From contig OZ024742.1 in the NCBI GenBank assembly GCA_964016885.1, positions 136,524,001 to 136,588,000 on the forward strand: a DNA stretch of 64,000 nt, given 5' to 3'. The notes under the pieces were generated by a model, which was not told the origin of the DNA, made no database searches, and was given only the letters and a program-made list of their open reading frames with translations. This document shows positions 1 through 13,588 of this stretch, one piece after another (the first letter of the stretch is position 1; the number at the start of each line of letters is the position of its first letter). This DNA is from Eledone cirrhosa (lineage: Eukaryota). The position numbers were made by a program, and so were the translations under genes.

Positions 1-1596
<1,596 letters not shown>

Positions 1597-2890
1597 ATGA
1601 ATAATTCTCATCAGAGAATACTGACTCTTAAAACCTTAATTCCTTGACAGATTATCATTTATCTAGTGCTCTCTGGCGAGACATTATGTATTCTATCAGA
1701 ATTCCATATTTCCCCATTTCTGTTGGACTACTGCTGGTCACCTATTATCTCTCTCCATCAGAAGAAGGGCACAAAGAGAATTTCACTAACAAATGCTAAC
1801 TAACCTCATTAAAAGCAAATATAATTACCTAATCTACTAACTAATCAACTCTTGACATCATCTTGTCATTTTCATGTTCATGAAGAAAGAGCACTCTAAA
1901 TTACTTTAGCTCAATCATAATACCCATATATTTGAATGTTAAATATGTTAGGAGTGATATATACAGGGAGAGAGATGAAATTGAGAGTGTGGTGCCAAGC
2001 AGTTCCAGCTTCTGTCTCAGCACCACTGACTCTCTCTCTGTCTCTCTCTCTCTCTCTCACTCTCTCTCTATATATATACACACACACACACATATATATA
2101 CATAGAGAGAGAGAAAGTAAAATTCCTATAAGCTTAAACTTAAATGATATATTTACTATGTACAAGACAATGTATGACAGAAAATACATCACTACTTTCT
2201 ATGGGAACTAAATGTTGCACCTGTAGTATACTGGACAGACAGACAGATGACATTTAATGATTATTGGTTTACTAGCAAATTATGTTTAATTAGGTTAATG
2301 AAGGAAAGAATTAGCAGATGAGAGATGCTTTAACTCACTATCAAAACTGAGCAGAATCACTTCTAGAAATAGAGAAAAAATTAATGTAGCTATGCTGAAG
2401 TCCCTGGAAAGGGTCAAAGAGAAACTCTGAAAAATGCATTTAAACCCAACTGCTAAAGTTTTAGGGAAGACACTTTTTTACACAGCCAATTGACATTAAT
2501 ATCTCTTCAGATAAAGATGTATGAAGAACCAGATATATCAAATGAGTGATAGTTTGATGTATTCATGAAGCATTTAGAAAATTTTGACTGTATGTTAACT
2601 TAATGTAAGCTGCTTTAAATTATGTTTTTTGACTATGAAAAATACAAGTTGAGCATATAATTCTCTAGAGATGGAAGTGTATAGTATTACCGGTGAGGAC
2701 TCATACTCATACATGTTATATGCTAGATGACTGTGGTACTAATTTATCAAATTGGGGCTGATGATATACCCACTAGTGTTCGGATTACTATCCACATTTC
2801 AGTTTCTAGGTACTTATATGCTCAGCAACATTTTTAGCTATATTTCTTAATCAAAATCCCTACTTTGAAGTACTTTACACACACACATAT

Positions 2891-2974
2891 ATATATATAT
2901 ATATACACACATATTAGACTAAAGTATATTCAATATACATATATATATACGTATATTGAATATACTTTAGTCTA

Positions 2975-3008
<34 letters not shown>

Positions 3009-3185
3009 TGAATATACTTTAGTCTAATGTATATATATATATATACATTAGACTAAAGTATATTCAATATATATATATATACATTAGACTAAAGTATATT
3101 CAATATATATATATATATATATATATACATTAGACTAAAGTATATTATATATATATATATACATTAGACTAAAGTATATTCAACA
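2891..3185. repeat. Array of 7 copies of a ~22-bp unit (CATTAGACTAAAGTATATTCAA) in mixed orientation, separated by (TA)n
   Basis: Copies near 2913(+), 2955(-), 3008(-), 3046(+), 3082(+), 3128(+, truncated), 3162(+). Confidence 0.9.
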
Positions 3186-3387
3186 TATATATTCAGTGAT
3201 GAATAACATGATTTCCTGTTTTTTTTTAATTGTTTATTCCCTTAACCTCACAGTCCCAACTATCCACCAGCTAATCACCAAACCACTTGTTTTGCTGCTG
3301 CAGCTCTTATTGCTTGCACTCACCACTTTTAATATTATTAACCATGACTGCGCCAGCTAACCCTAACACCTTCTTTTTCTGTTCTAG

Positions 3388-3414
3388 GATTTTCCTTGGA
3401 AGGCATTTCTAAAG
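3388..3414 (+). CDS. Candidate 27-nt phase 1-1 microexon of teneurin (x-FSLEGISK)
   Basis: GCTAAC/CCTAAC branch motifs, TTCTTTTTCTGTTCTAG acceptor, AAG|GTATAT donor; frame-preserving and stop-free with the phase-1 exon at 9509. Confidence 0.35.
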
Positions 3415-4040
3415 GTATATAACAAGTAACTAATCTAAGTGTTGTTGTCGTTGTTGTCATATTTTCTTTTCATTTCGTTTCCTTTCATTTAGTCATGATT
3501 TGCATTTACGACCATTCACACAAAGAAACAAATACATAGTTTTTCATGGACATCAGAGATATAGACTGGTGCTTATCACTGGCTTATATGAAAAGGAACC
3601 AAATGAGTGTTCCAGTTGTTTAATAAATGAATGTACATAGAATTATGATGGAAGGTTTTTAGATAAATATAAACACTTTAAAACAAACAGATTTGTATAG
3701 TAGAACCAGGGACAGTTCCAGGAAACTTGAAATCAAAGGGGGTAAGATGATTAACTATTAATATTCTCTAAATAAATATAGTTTGAGTTTAACCTTTTGA
3801 GTTTATTTAACTGAAACTTCTCCTGGTTATGTTTATTTTACATTGTTTATATTTATCAAAACAAAAAAACCTTCAATCATAATTTTTATAAGAACAATTG
3901 TTAAATTATACTCCAAACAAGAGCTTAATAATGAAAGGTTTATTTATATTATGCCTAAGCCATTCAAATTCTTGATCATTTTCAAAATTATTTAAAATAA
4001 TAGGCAGCCTTTCACTATAAATTTTTTTTTTTTTTTAATA

Positions 4041-4415
4041 TTTTACGTCCACTTTTTCCCTGCTTGCCAGGGTGGGATGGGAACTGATTCTGGCTTGATT
4101 TCTACAGCTGGATGCCCTTCCTAACACCAACCTCATTTACAGTGAGTGCTGGGTGCTTTTTTTCCATGGCGCCTACACGTCCACTTTACAGTGTGGGCTG
4201 GGTGCTTTTTTTGCCGTGGCACCTCCACGACAATTTTGCAGTGGAATGATAAGGACCGCAGTCTCTATCATCTCATTTCTACAGCTGAGTAAACTGGGGC
4301 AATGTGAAATAAAGTGTCTTGCTCAAGGAAACAACACATCACCAGGTCTGAGAATTGAACTCACAACCTTTCAATTGCAAGGCCAATGCTCTAACCACCA
4401 AGCCATGTGCCTCCA
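4041..4415 (-). mobile_element. tRNA-derived SINE with CORE-like domain (family A)
   Basis: Reverse complement of the copies at 12041 and 12623: A box, B box GAGTTCAATTC, CCTTGAGCAAGACACTT central motif. Confidence 0.85.
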
Positions 4416-6409
4416 TATAGTAACAAATGAGTTAAGGGATAGGCTGCGCCACACTTGGCATACACTAAATATGGAGACAAAGACCTCCATGGTGTCTTTA
4501 AAGACCAATACCATCTCCACATTTAACCAAAAACACACACTAACACATATTAATATGTAAATATATACATCTTTATTCTCCTAATCCGTTTTATGAAATA
4601 AATAAGAAAAAAAAAAATTTTCATTTAAAAAAAAAAAAAATTAAAATGAAAACTACTAAACGACAACAAAACAACAACAAGTACTGCATGTTTATTGATT
4701 TTCATTTTTTGACATTTTTTTTTATTTGCTTTACTTCCTTTATTTCTTTATGCTTTTATTTCCCTTGGTTATTGTATGTTGACTTATATTGTGCATCATT
4801 TCATATATTTGTCTATTTTATTGTTCCCTGTGTAGACTTCCTTTATTTTTCTGTTTCTTTGTGTCTAAGTGTATATGTGATAAAAACTGTACAATATATA
4901 TTTGTATGCTATATTTTTTCTTCTTCGATTATTGTGCTGTTTTAATGGCTTCATATCTGTATACATATGCAACACATACACACAGCATGTCTATGTTATT
5001 AAATGATGTATGTGTGAATTATTATGGGTGTATATGTGTGAGTATAATACATATTAATTTGTCTAATTAGCCATCTAGTTTTACTTATCTCTGTATATAT
5101 GCCAATTTGACTACATATAAATAATTTCACCCCTTTTTTACTTTCTCTTTCTTTTCTGTCCCTCTCGCTCACACCCTCTCTCTCTCTTTTCTCTCCCTCT
5201 CGCTCACACCCTCTCTCTCTCTCCCTCTCTAAATAGGTTGCCCAATAAAAGGTAATTTTTGAACATGTTTTACACTTGAAAGTTGAAATTTATTTGGGGC
5301 ATCTGGTGTGTATGAATGAGAACACAACTAACATACATGTCTAGTCTCAAACACATGTAATAATTGAATGTGTTCCACTAAAGGCTTTGTCATGAGGCCA
5401 TGTATTCTGAAGAAAGAAGGGTGTGTTGATCACAACACTTCAAAGTTGAAAGTTCTTCAAAATGTTCAACAATGTTTTAGTATGGGATCTGTTTACAGTT
5501 ATTCAAACTAAGCTAGCCTTAGAAATTTTAATCATTGACCTTTAAACGGACATTATTTGCTTAGGAAAAATTCAAGGATTCCCCCAAATTATTGCAGCTA
5601 AAACAACTGTGATGTGCACATGCATGAGTGTGTGTGTACAGTTTTATGCTCTTTCTACCAATCTTTAAGTATGGTGTAACCATTTCATTAACTATTTCAT
5701 TATTAAGATGCCATTTTTAGCATAACTAAATGAATGATTCTTATATTGAATCATGTTGGAAGATTTTAATTTACATAGGAAGCTTTAAAATGGGTGATTT
5801 TGTTTCATAATTCCTAAAACATTTTTGGGTTGGTTGGTTGGTTGGTTGGTTGATTTGCTGGTTGGTTGGGTGGTTGGTTTGTTGGTATTAAAAGACTTAA
5901 AATAGTAGACTGTAGAAACTAATGATGTTCTGCATCAGTAATGAATACTAAAGAGATCAGAACAATAGACTAAATGCTATGCTATTCTGTAAGCCAAAAG
6001 TGTAAAAGCAAATAATGTTTTGAACATTTCTCTTTCTGAGAGAGAGGGGGAGGAGGGCTCAAGAAAATATGTAGAATTATTGTTGTTCAGGCCTGAATTT
6101 ACTTCTTCATGAGTAATTTCACGCTTGAACAGTAACACTTTTACATACACTCACTCTCTGTTCTTTTCTGACTTTCTATTTATCACTCTTTCTTTCCCCT
6201 TCTCTATCTCATTCTCTTCCTCTGAACAGGAACAAGTTCCCAAAATATTAGACCTCTCTTATGAGTCACAGCATAAAATGTGTTCTATTGTTTTATTACC
6301 AGTATGTCTGTCTCTATCTTCCAAGCTAGCAAGCTAGCTCTATCTCTTTCCTTTGTCTAACAACTTTAATTGCCTCTTCTTATGTATGTGAGTATATATA
6401 AATATATAC

Positions 6410-6486
<77 letters not shown>

Positions 6487-6527
6487 GGGTGTGTATGTAT
6501 ATATATATTTATATATATATATATATA

Positions 6528-6945
6528 TAGTTAAAAAGGGGAGGTGAAAATGCATAGTAGTATACTTAAATAATTCTTTCTTTAATCTGACAGAATGAAT
6601 GCTTTTATAACTGGTTTTGAATGATCTAACTATTGTATCAAATATTGAATGATCTAACTATTGAATCAAATATTGAATATTGAAAAGAAAGTTTTTTTTA
6701 TGTATTCTGTGAGCAGATCAAATATATATTCGAACTACTCACAGAATACTTGAAAAAAACATTTTTTTAAATATTCAATATCTAATATTTGATACTATAG
6801 ATATACCAATCGAAACTGGTTATACTTAATGAATCAATGATAAAATTATTCATTCTGTTGGATTAAAGAATAAAATATTCTTTAAATATACTTCTGTGCA
6901 TTTTCACCTTCACCTATGTTTTGTATAGACTTTACCCTTCTTTTC

Positions 6946-6950
<5 letters not shown>
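6528..6950. mobile_element. Degenerate ~420-bp fold-back element between (TA)n tracts
   Basis: GAGGTGAAAATGCATAGTAGTATACTTAAA pairs with TTTAAATATACTTCTGTGCATTTTCACCTT; inner GTATTCTGTGAG pairs with CTCACAGAATAC. Confidence 0.7.
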
Positions 6951-7006
<56 letters not shown>

Positions 7007-7161
7007 TATATTATTAGCATAGATTAAAAGTTTAAGCAATTTCAGCTTTTACCCTGAAGTGGGATCTTCTGAAACTGTGCTAATAATAAATATTTGCTCT
7101 ACGGATTTATATATACTTTTATAGAGTCCTCTCTGGATTTTGGTCTTTGTTTTTATTACTG

Positions 7162-7230
<69 letters not shown>

Positions 7231-8334
7231 ACATACATATAGCCAAATGTATATGCATTCATATATTTATAATCCATTTCAATAATCAATTTTTTTACTT
7301 TGTTTTAATTTAAAGTTTAAAAAATGATTTTATTTAAAATTATTTGATGAAGGGCCTACAGTTATTTTGATTTGATAAGCAATAGACAAAGGAATACTTA
7401 AAGGAATAATAAAAAGGACAGCTATAATAAATAACTAGTATTTAAGTGAAGAATATTTATTTCAATAAAATGATTTTAAAGGGTGTGAAACATAAATGAA
7501 ATGCAATTTTGTAAATTGCTTCACACTGTAACTCACTGTAACTTTTAATATGAGCAGAGTGTCTTGGTAAAAGTGTTTGCTTATACGTCACTACTTGGCA
7601 ATACATTTTTAGCTGATTTGTTGTGTAGGTGCATGGCCTAATTGTTAGGGTTTTGAACACATAATCATAAAATTACAATTTTATGATTGTGTTTTGATTC
7701 CTGTACTGGGCAGAGTGTTATGTTAAACGCTTTATTTCTGATTTTTCATTTTGCCAGGATTTGTGATTGGCAGATAGTATCAGTAAAGAGACAGCCAATA
7801 GAGACGCTGTTTCCTTGGTCTAATCAAATGATTGGGTTGATTCCTCTTTTTGTTGTGTACATAGTTTGTTTATATGAGTGTCATGAATGTTAATGAATGC
7901 TTTGGACTCTTCCTCCTATTTTCATGTTAAGCAATATAATAGCTGATACATTCAATTGAATTTTAATTTGTTTTATATATATATATATATATATTCAAAT
8001 AAATTTGAAAACCATACAATGCATTAGAAAATTCAGATTGCCAAGATAACAATAGAATCCTACCTTAGCACATTTAATAATCCCAGATATTTTGGGGTTT
8101 AAAAACCCATTATCAAGGAAGTATCCCTATAAGGGTTTTAAAGGATCGATCAGAAATGACTTGTTAGGAAGGCAGATTTAACTTAAATGTAATGAGAGAC
8201 GTTAAAATTTCAAGTATGTACGTTGTGAAATGTCTGGGAAAAAGTGTATGATATATGAATGTGTGTGCTTAGTGGGATGTTTGTATGTGTGTGCATGAAT
8301 GTAAGTTTATGTAATGAAAGTTGTGTGTGAAATG

Positions 8335-8371
<37 letters not shown>

Positions 8372-9508
8372 GTTGCATAGAGTTATTAAGAAGTATGAAG
8401 CCATAGAATCCATGTCAAAAGAGCACAGAGTGTTCTCTCATATCATAATAGGGGAATACCATCTTCCTAGTGCTAGTGTCATAATAAAATGCACCCAGTA
8501 TACTCTATAAAGTGGCTGACACTTGGAAGGCTGCCTGGCCATGAAAACCATGCCAAAATAGTATACAAGGCTTTCTTTTGTTAAGTCAGGGGCATGACAA
8601 TCTCCTTAATGATGGTGCACCAATTCCTCTATGTGTAAAACAGGTGGCATTTGAAAAATATAGAAACTACACCAAAGAAGAATGAGTTGTTTGTGGTATT
8701 GTCCCTAAAACTCTTACTGCCATTCCTATCATCAACTACTTATAGAATGTACTGGATCTGTTTTAATATTAACCAACACTAGCGAAGTTGTTGTACCTTT
8801 GATACAACTGAAGAACCTTCTCATCCCTTTTACATTATCCATAATTTCTACTTGTTACAAATGGAACGATGAGTCCATTTCTTATAGCCTTTAATGTGAT
8901 ACGTAACCTCAATGTATTTTCAGTATTACAAAGGCAATTATTTAAAAACTGATGTCATAGAAAATAGCATCAGGTTTACTGTGCTGTAGCTGAACATTTA
9001 TTAGCTGAACATATTATTATCATGACTTTGATTACTATTTCTAGAATTCATTATTGTTATTTTTTTTATTATTATTGGGTGACAGAGTTGTTGATTGTCC
9101 TAATTTGTGGAATGTTATGTGGTAATTGTACTTACTCTTTGCATTCTGAGTTCAAATCCCACCAAGATTAACTTTGCCTTTCATATTTCCTGGCTTGATA
9201 AAATAAAGTACAAGTTACATACTGGGGTTGATATCGACTTTTGTCTCACCAGAAATTGCTAGCCTTGTGCTTAAACTGCAAATTATTATTGTTGGGAGTC
9301 ACAAGATCTTTTGTGGCTATAAATATTCAGTTGTCCTTTCATTTTGTATTCTACTTCAAAAATTAGGTTCTATTCTGATTTCAAATCATATTAATTTCCT
9401 GAAACCTAAATATTCTTGTATAATTAATAAAAAGCAATACATAATATAGTTATTAATAATCATTTCTTCCATTTAAGTGAATTTCTCTATTCTTTCTTAC
9501 AAAAACAG

Positions 9509-9691
9509 AAGTGTGTCTTTTGGATTGTTTCCATGGTTACTGCGAGAACAAAGAGTGTGTTTGTCACAATGGATGGACCGGACCTCTCTGTGACATGCTG
9601 GCTTGTGATCCACGCTGTGATAGCCATGGCTTCTGCAACAACGGAACTTGCATTTGTAAAACCGGATGGAATGGAAAGCACTGCACTTTAG
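9509..9691 (+). CDS. Ten-m: Teneurin exon: two EGF-like repeats (likely EGF6-7)
   Basis: CAG acceptor, G|GTAAGT donor, 183 nt phase 1-1; [60 protein letters not shown]. Confidence 0.95.
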   Translation, partial: KCVFWIVSMVTARTKSVFVTMDGPDLSVTCWLVIHAVIAMASATTELAFVKPDGMESTAL

Positions 9692-10426
9692 GTAAGTCAT
9701 AAAAATATATCTTGTTTCCCCTTGTGACTGAGGTCAAAGCAACTAGTTTGTATCATGCTAAGCTTTGAATTAGCGTTCATGTTTCTCTTGGTGTAAGCCA
9801 TATTCTAATAAACTTCTTCAAGCAGTGAACTAGCTATAGAGTACATGCTGTGAGCAGTTACTTTGCAGATATATTTTCTAAACATTGTAAAGTCTGCCAC
9901 CCACTCTTGAAAGACCCAGGGATTGTTTAAGGTAAAGCAGTATTTAGAGACTGTTGGGAAGGAGGGGGTTAGCATTGACAAACACTTTGAAACTTCATCC
10001 CCATGGATTATTATCCTATCTGTAAGAGCATTGTGTGATCTGCTCTTCTCTGTAAGAGACCTTAGAGAGCAGACATAGACTACACAATGTAGCAGACTAA
10101 AAACAAACTGAATTAAGTGTGTGTAGGCATAGGAGGGCGATCAACGGTGTAACTGCTACAATAAGTATGAGCACCTTTAGTTATTCTTGTTGTGATGCCA
10201 CCTACAACAAGTAAGCAATATTTTCGCACCTACCCCACCTTTTCTCTCCCAAGAGATTACACACATCTTAATGTTATCAACCTCTCAAATATGAAAACCT
10301 AAAAGAAATGTTATATGAAATTTCTTCGACTTTATTGGGTGTAACAGAATGAAATGATTTTTCAATATCTAGTAAAACTGTAGCTATTGCTTAAAACTGC
10401 AGCTGCCACTGCAAACACTTTTCTGG

Positions 10427-10503
<77 letters not shown>

Positions 10504-10770
10504 ATGTAGCTATATAAAAATAACCTTTCAACACACACATATTGATATACAGGTATTCATGTAGATAAAATAAGAATGAAATGTAGACAAAAAACTAAGA
10601 AATATTGTTGTTGATATCATCAAACCCTTCAAGATGGTGTCCCAGTATGGCTGCAAACAAATTTCTGAAACCAGTAATATATATATATATATATATATAT
10701 ATTTGTGTATGTGAGGGTAGAGTTTTGTAAGGAAAAATTATGTGTATATATATATATATATATATATACA

Positions 10771-10958
10771 CGTTATTCCGGGTTGAATCGGAGGTAACCA
10801 CAGTAAGGAAGGTACTCAATACATAGCAGAGTATAAAAGTTTTAATATAGATGATATTTTACAGCACTAGAACTGTTTGATTCCTGATGTTTGATTCCTG
10901 ATGATTTCTAAAGAATGAAACGGTTTTAGTCCTGTAGAATCTCATCTATATTAAAACT
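10771..10958. mobile_element. Hammerhead-bearing fold-back element, copy 1 (same family as 27715-27908)
   Basis: Near-identical extension CGTTATTCCGGGTTGAATCGGAGGTAACC..., inverted arms 10838-10878 and 10918-10958, flanked by (TA)n. Confidence 0.8.
10893..10941 (+). ncRNA. Type I hammerhead ribozyme fold
   Basis: GAUUC-CUGAUGA-UUUCUAAAGAAU-GAAA-CGG-UUUUAGUC-CUG-UA^-GAAUC. Helix I is 5 bp; helix III has a G.U pair; helix II is short with U.U at its base. Confidence 0.65.
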
Positions 10959-11124
10959 ATATATATATATATATTTATTCATCTTCCTTTCCTAACCTTC
11001 TCACACTACTCATAGGTCTATCTCTTCTCTCCTTATCCAAACTTTCCTGAATCCTCCTCCTCTTCCTCCAAGCATGAACCTAATATGACTGTAATTTTGC
11101 CTCCTGTGTTTTTTCCTTTATTAA

Positions 11125-11263
<139 letters not shown>

Positions 11264-11540
11264 TTAAACGATGATGATGATATATGATGTTAATAAATGG
11301 AAATAGACTGCTACATCTATGTTTTGATTATTAATATTTTTAATAGCTATACATATTTCTTGTGAATCTAAATAAAGTCATGTGCTGTATATGTATGTAT
11401 AAATATAGATAGATTTAGATATATGATAAGGTATCTGAAAGTTTTGGTGTTATTCTTTGAAAGAAGTGGAACAGGAACTCACAATTCTTCAGTTACCATT
11501 TCCTTCTGCTTCTATATATATATATACAGAAGGAAATTAC

Positions 11541-11595
<55 letters not shown>

Positions 11596-11636
11596 GTCAT
11601 AATTAATTTTACACATCCAAACAATATGTGTGTGTA

Positions 11637-11676
<40 letters not shown>

Positions 11677-12030
11677 TATGTGTCTAACACATGTGGACAT
11701 GCCTACAAAGTCAGAAAACAGCACAGCTCCCATGACTTTTGGAAACATTTTTTCATGCTTAGAGTTGCTGAAGCATGGAACAAACTGCCTGCGTCAGTTG
11801 TTAGCTGCCAAGACACTGCATCCTTTAAAACCCTCATGCTTCCCGAAATTCACCAAAACTACACCTGATGTTCCCCTTCTATACACATGCACACATGTGT
11901 ATATCATGACTCATCAACTGTTCATTTTCCTGACGTTTGTACATTACCCTATGTACTATACATACACTTTTGATGAGTTGTCGTGCACCTGAGCACTGTA
12001 CACAATATTTTCATTATTATATCATTATTA
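11677..12030 (+). mobile_element. 3' fragment of CR1-clade LINE
   Basis: [43 protein letters not shown]2 C-terminus, (ATT)n tail; near-identical to 44838-45189. Confidence 0.85.
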
Positions 12031-12040
12031 TATATATATA

Positions 12041-12388
12041 TGGAGGTACATGGCTTAGTGGTTAGAGCATTGGCCTTGCAATCGAAAGGTTGTGAGTTCA
12101 ATTCTCAGACCGGGTGATGTGTTGTTTCCTTGAGCAAGACACTTTATTTATATATATATATTGCTCCAGTTTACTCAGCTGTAGAAATGAGATGATAGGA
12201 CTGGGGTCCATATCATTCCACTGCAAAGTGGTCGTGGAAGTGCCACAGCAAAAATGCACCCAGCACTCATTGTAAATGAGGTTGGCATTAGGAAGGGCAA
12301 CCAGCTGTAGAAATCAAGCCAGAATCAGTTCCCGTCCCACCCTTGCAAGCAGGGAAAGCGGACGTAAAATGATGATGATGATGATGAT
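12041..12388 (+). mobile_element. tRNA-derived SINE with CORE-like domain (family A)
   Basis: A box TGGCTTAGTGG, B box GAGTTCAATTC, CCTTGAGCAAGACACTT...CAGTTTACTCAGCTGTAGAAATG, (GAT)n tail. Confidence 0.88.
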
Positions 12389-12622
12389 ATATATATAATG
12401 GGTTGTATATGGAGTGTGTCTATATATGATCACACACACACACATATATTCATGGACATATATAACAAAAGCACACTAGTATCTTATATATGTTTATGCA
12501 ACTGTGAATGTATATATGTGAAATGATGCAAAATAAATACATATCTCTTAGACTTATGTGACATTGATCACATTTAGATGTAGACATGTCAACCTCATAT
12601 TTACATATATATAAACTTACAA

Positions 12623-12956
12623 TGGAGGCACATGGCTTAGTGGTTAGAGCATTGGGCTTGCAATCGAAAAGTTGTGAGTTCAATTCTCAGACCAGGTGAT
12701 GTGTTGTTTCCTTGAGCAAGACACTTTATTTCACATTGATACAGATTACCCAGCTGTAGAAATGAGATGATAGGGACTGGGGTCTATATCATTCCACTGT
12801 AAAGTGGTTGTGGAGGTGCCACGGAAAAGAAGCACCCAGCACTCACTGTAAATGAGGTTGGTGTTAAGAAGGGCATCCAGCTATAGAAATGAAGCCAGAA
12901 TCAGGTCCCGTCCCACCCTTGCAAGCAGATGTAAAATGATGATGATGATGATGATG
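12623..12956 (+). mobile_element. tRNA-derived SINE with CORE-like domain (family A)
   Basis: Second near-identical copy with (GAT)n tail. Confidence 0.88.
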
Positions 12957-13028
12957 TGTCATTTAACACAAACTAATTGACTTAAATTTCATGAACTATC
13001 TCATATTTTATAATTTCTTTTTTTCAAG

Positions 13029-13175
13029 ATGGTTGCCCTGGAGAGTGTAACGGAAATGGAGATTGCCAAAGATATCTGGAAGGCTGGAAGTGCAGCTGTG
13101 ACAAAGGATGGAAAGGAAAAGCTTGTGACATCGCTATAGAGAGTGCTTGTGAGGATCGTGTTGACAACGACAAAG
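13029..13175 (+). CDS. Ten-m: Teneurin exon: last EGF repeat (EGF8) and start of Cys-rich domain (absent from the ORF track)
   Basis: TTTTCAAG acceptor, G|GTGAGA donor, 147 nt phase 1-1; DGCPGECNGNGDCQRYLEGWKCSCDKGWKGKACDIAIESACEDRVDNDK. Confidence 0.95.
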
Positions 13176-13447
13176 GTGAGAAATTTACAGAATTTTTTAT
13201 AGAACTCTTTACTTTTGGATTTGTAGAAGTTGGGCTTGATGTGAATAATATGCTTCATATATATATATATGCAGAGGTTATATTTAATTTGTTGGGATTC
13301 AACAAGCATACTCACTCATAACTTTTGCATACTCACTCATAACTTTGTATTACCCTCAATAAAATATTATCTCCACTATCCAGGAAGCTCCAACCGTTAA
13401 GGTTGTCTTTTTTTCCGGGTATGTCAATATTTATTTATACAAAACTG

Positions 13448-13512
13448 TATTTTATCTGATGAAAGCGCACCATAATTGCCTTGGTTGCCCTTGAAATATA
13501 TATAATAAAATA
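13448..13512 (+). ncRNA. Type I minimal hammerhead ribozyme (Penelope-like type)
   Basis: UAUUUUAU-CUGAUGA-AAGCGCACCA(UAAUUGCCU)UGGUUGCCCUU-GAAA-U-AUAU-A-UA^-AUAAAAUA. Helix I is 8 bp; loop III is the palindrome AUAU. Confidence 0.8.
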
Positions 13513-13556
13513 AATATGGTTTTATAAATATAGTTTCCATTTATTAATATATTGTG

Positions 13557-13588
<32 letters not shown>

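Noticed and set aside
2891-3185. CRISPR-like repeat-spacer appearance
   Set aside because: Eukaryotic intron, spacers are (TA)n, repeats are in mixed orientation, and there are no cas genes.
4153-4560. 135-aa ORF and similar ORFs at 12450 and 19077
   Set aside because: Open frames through SINE copies.
6230-6301. 72-nt exon-like segment with a long pyrimidine tract
   Set aside because: Open only in phase 0; contains TGA in the phase-1 frame required by the host intron.
7051-7090. CTGAAGT-GGGATCTTCT-GAAA-CTGTGC-TA hammerhead-like motif
   Set aside because: Core A9 is altered and helices I and III do not pair; probably a decayed element, so not called as a ribozyme.
8071-8120. Minus-strand TTGATAA-helix-AAAA hammerhead-like ghost
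   Set aside because: G12 is missing and there is no helix I.
12041-12110. tRNA-like A/B boxes
   Set aside because: SINE head rather than a tRNA gene; it continues into a CORE-like body and tail.
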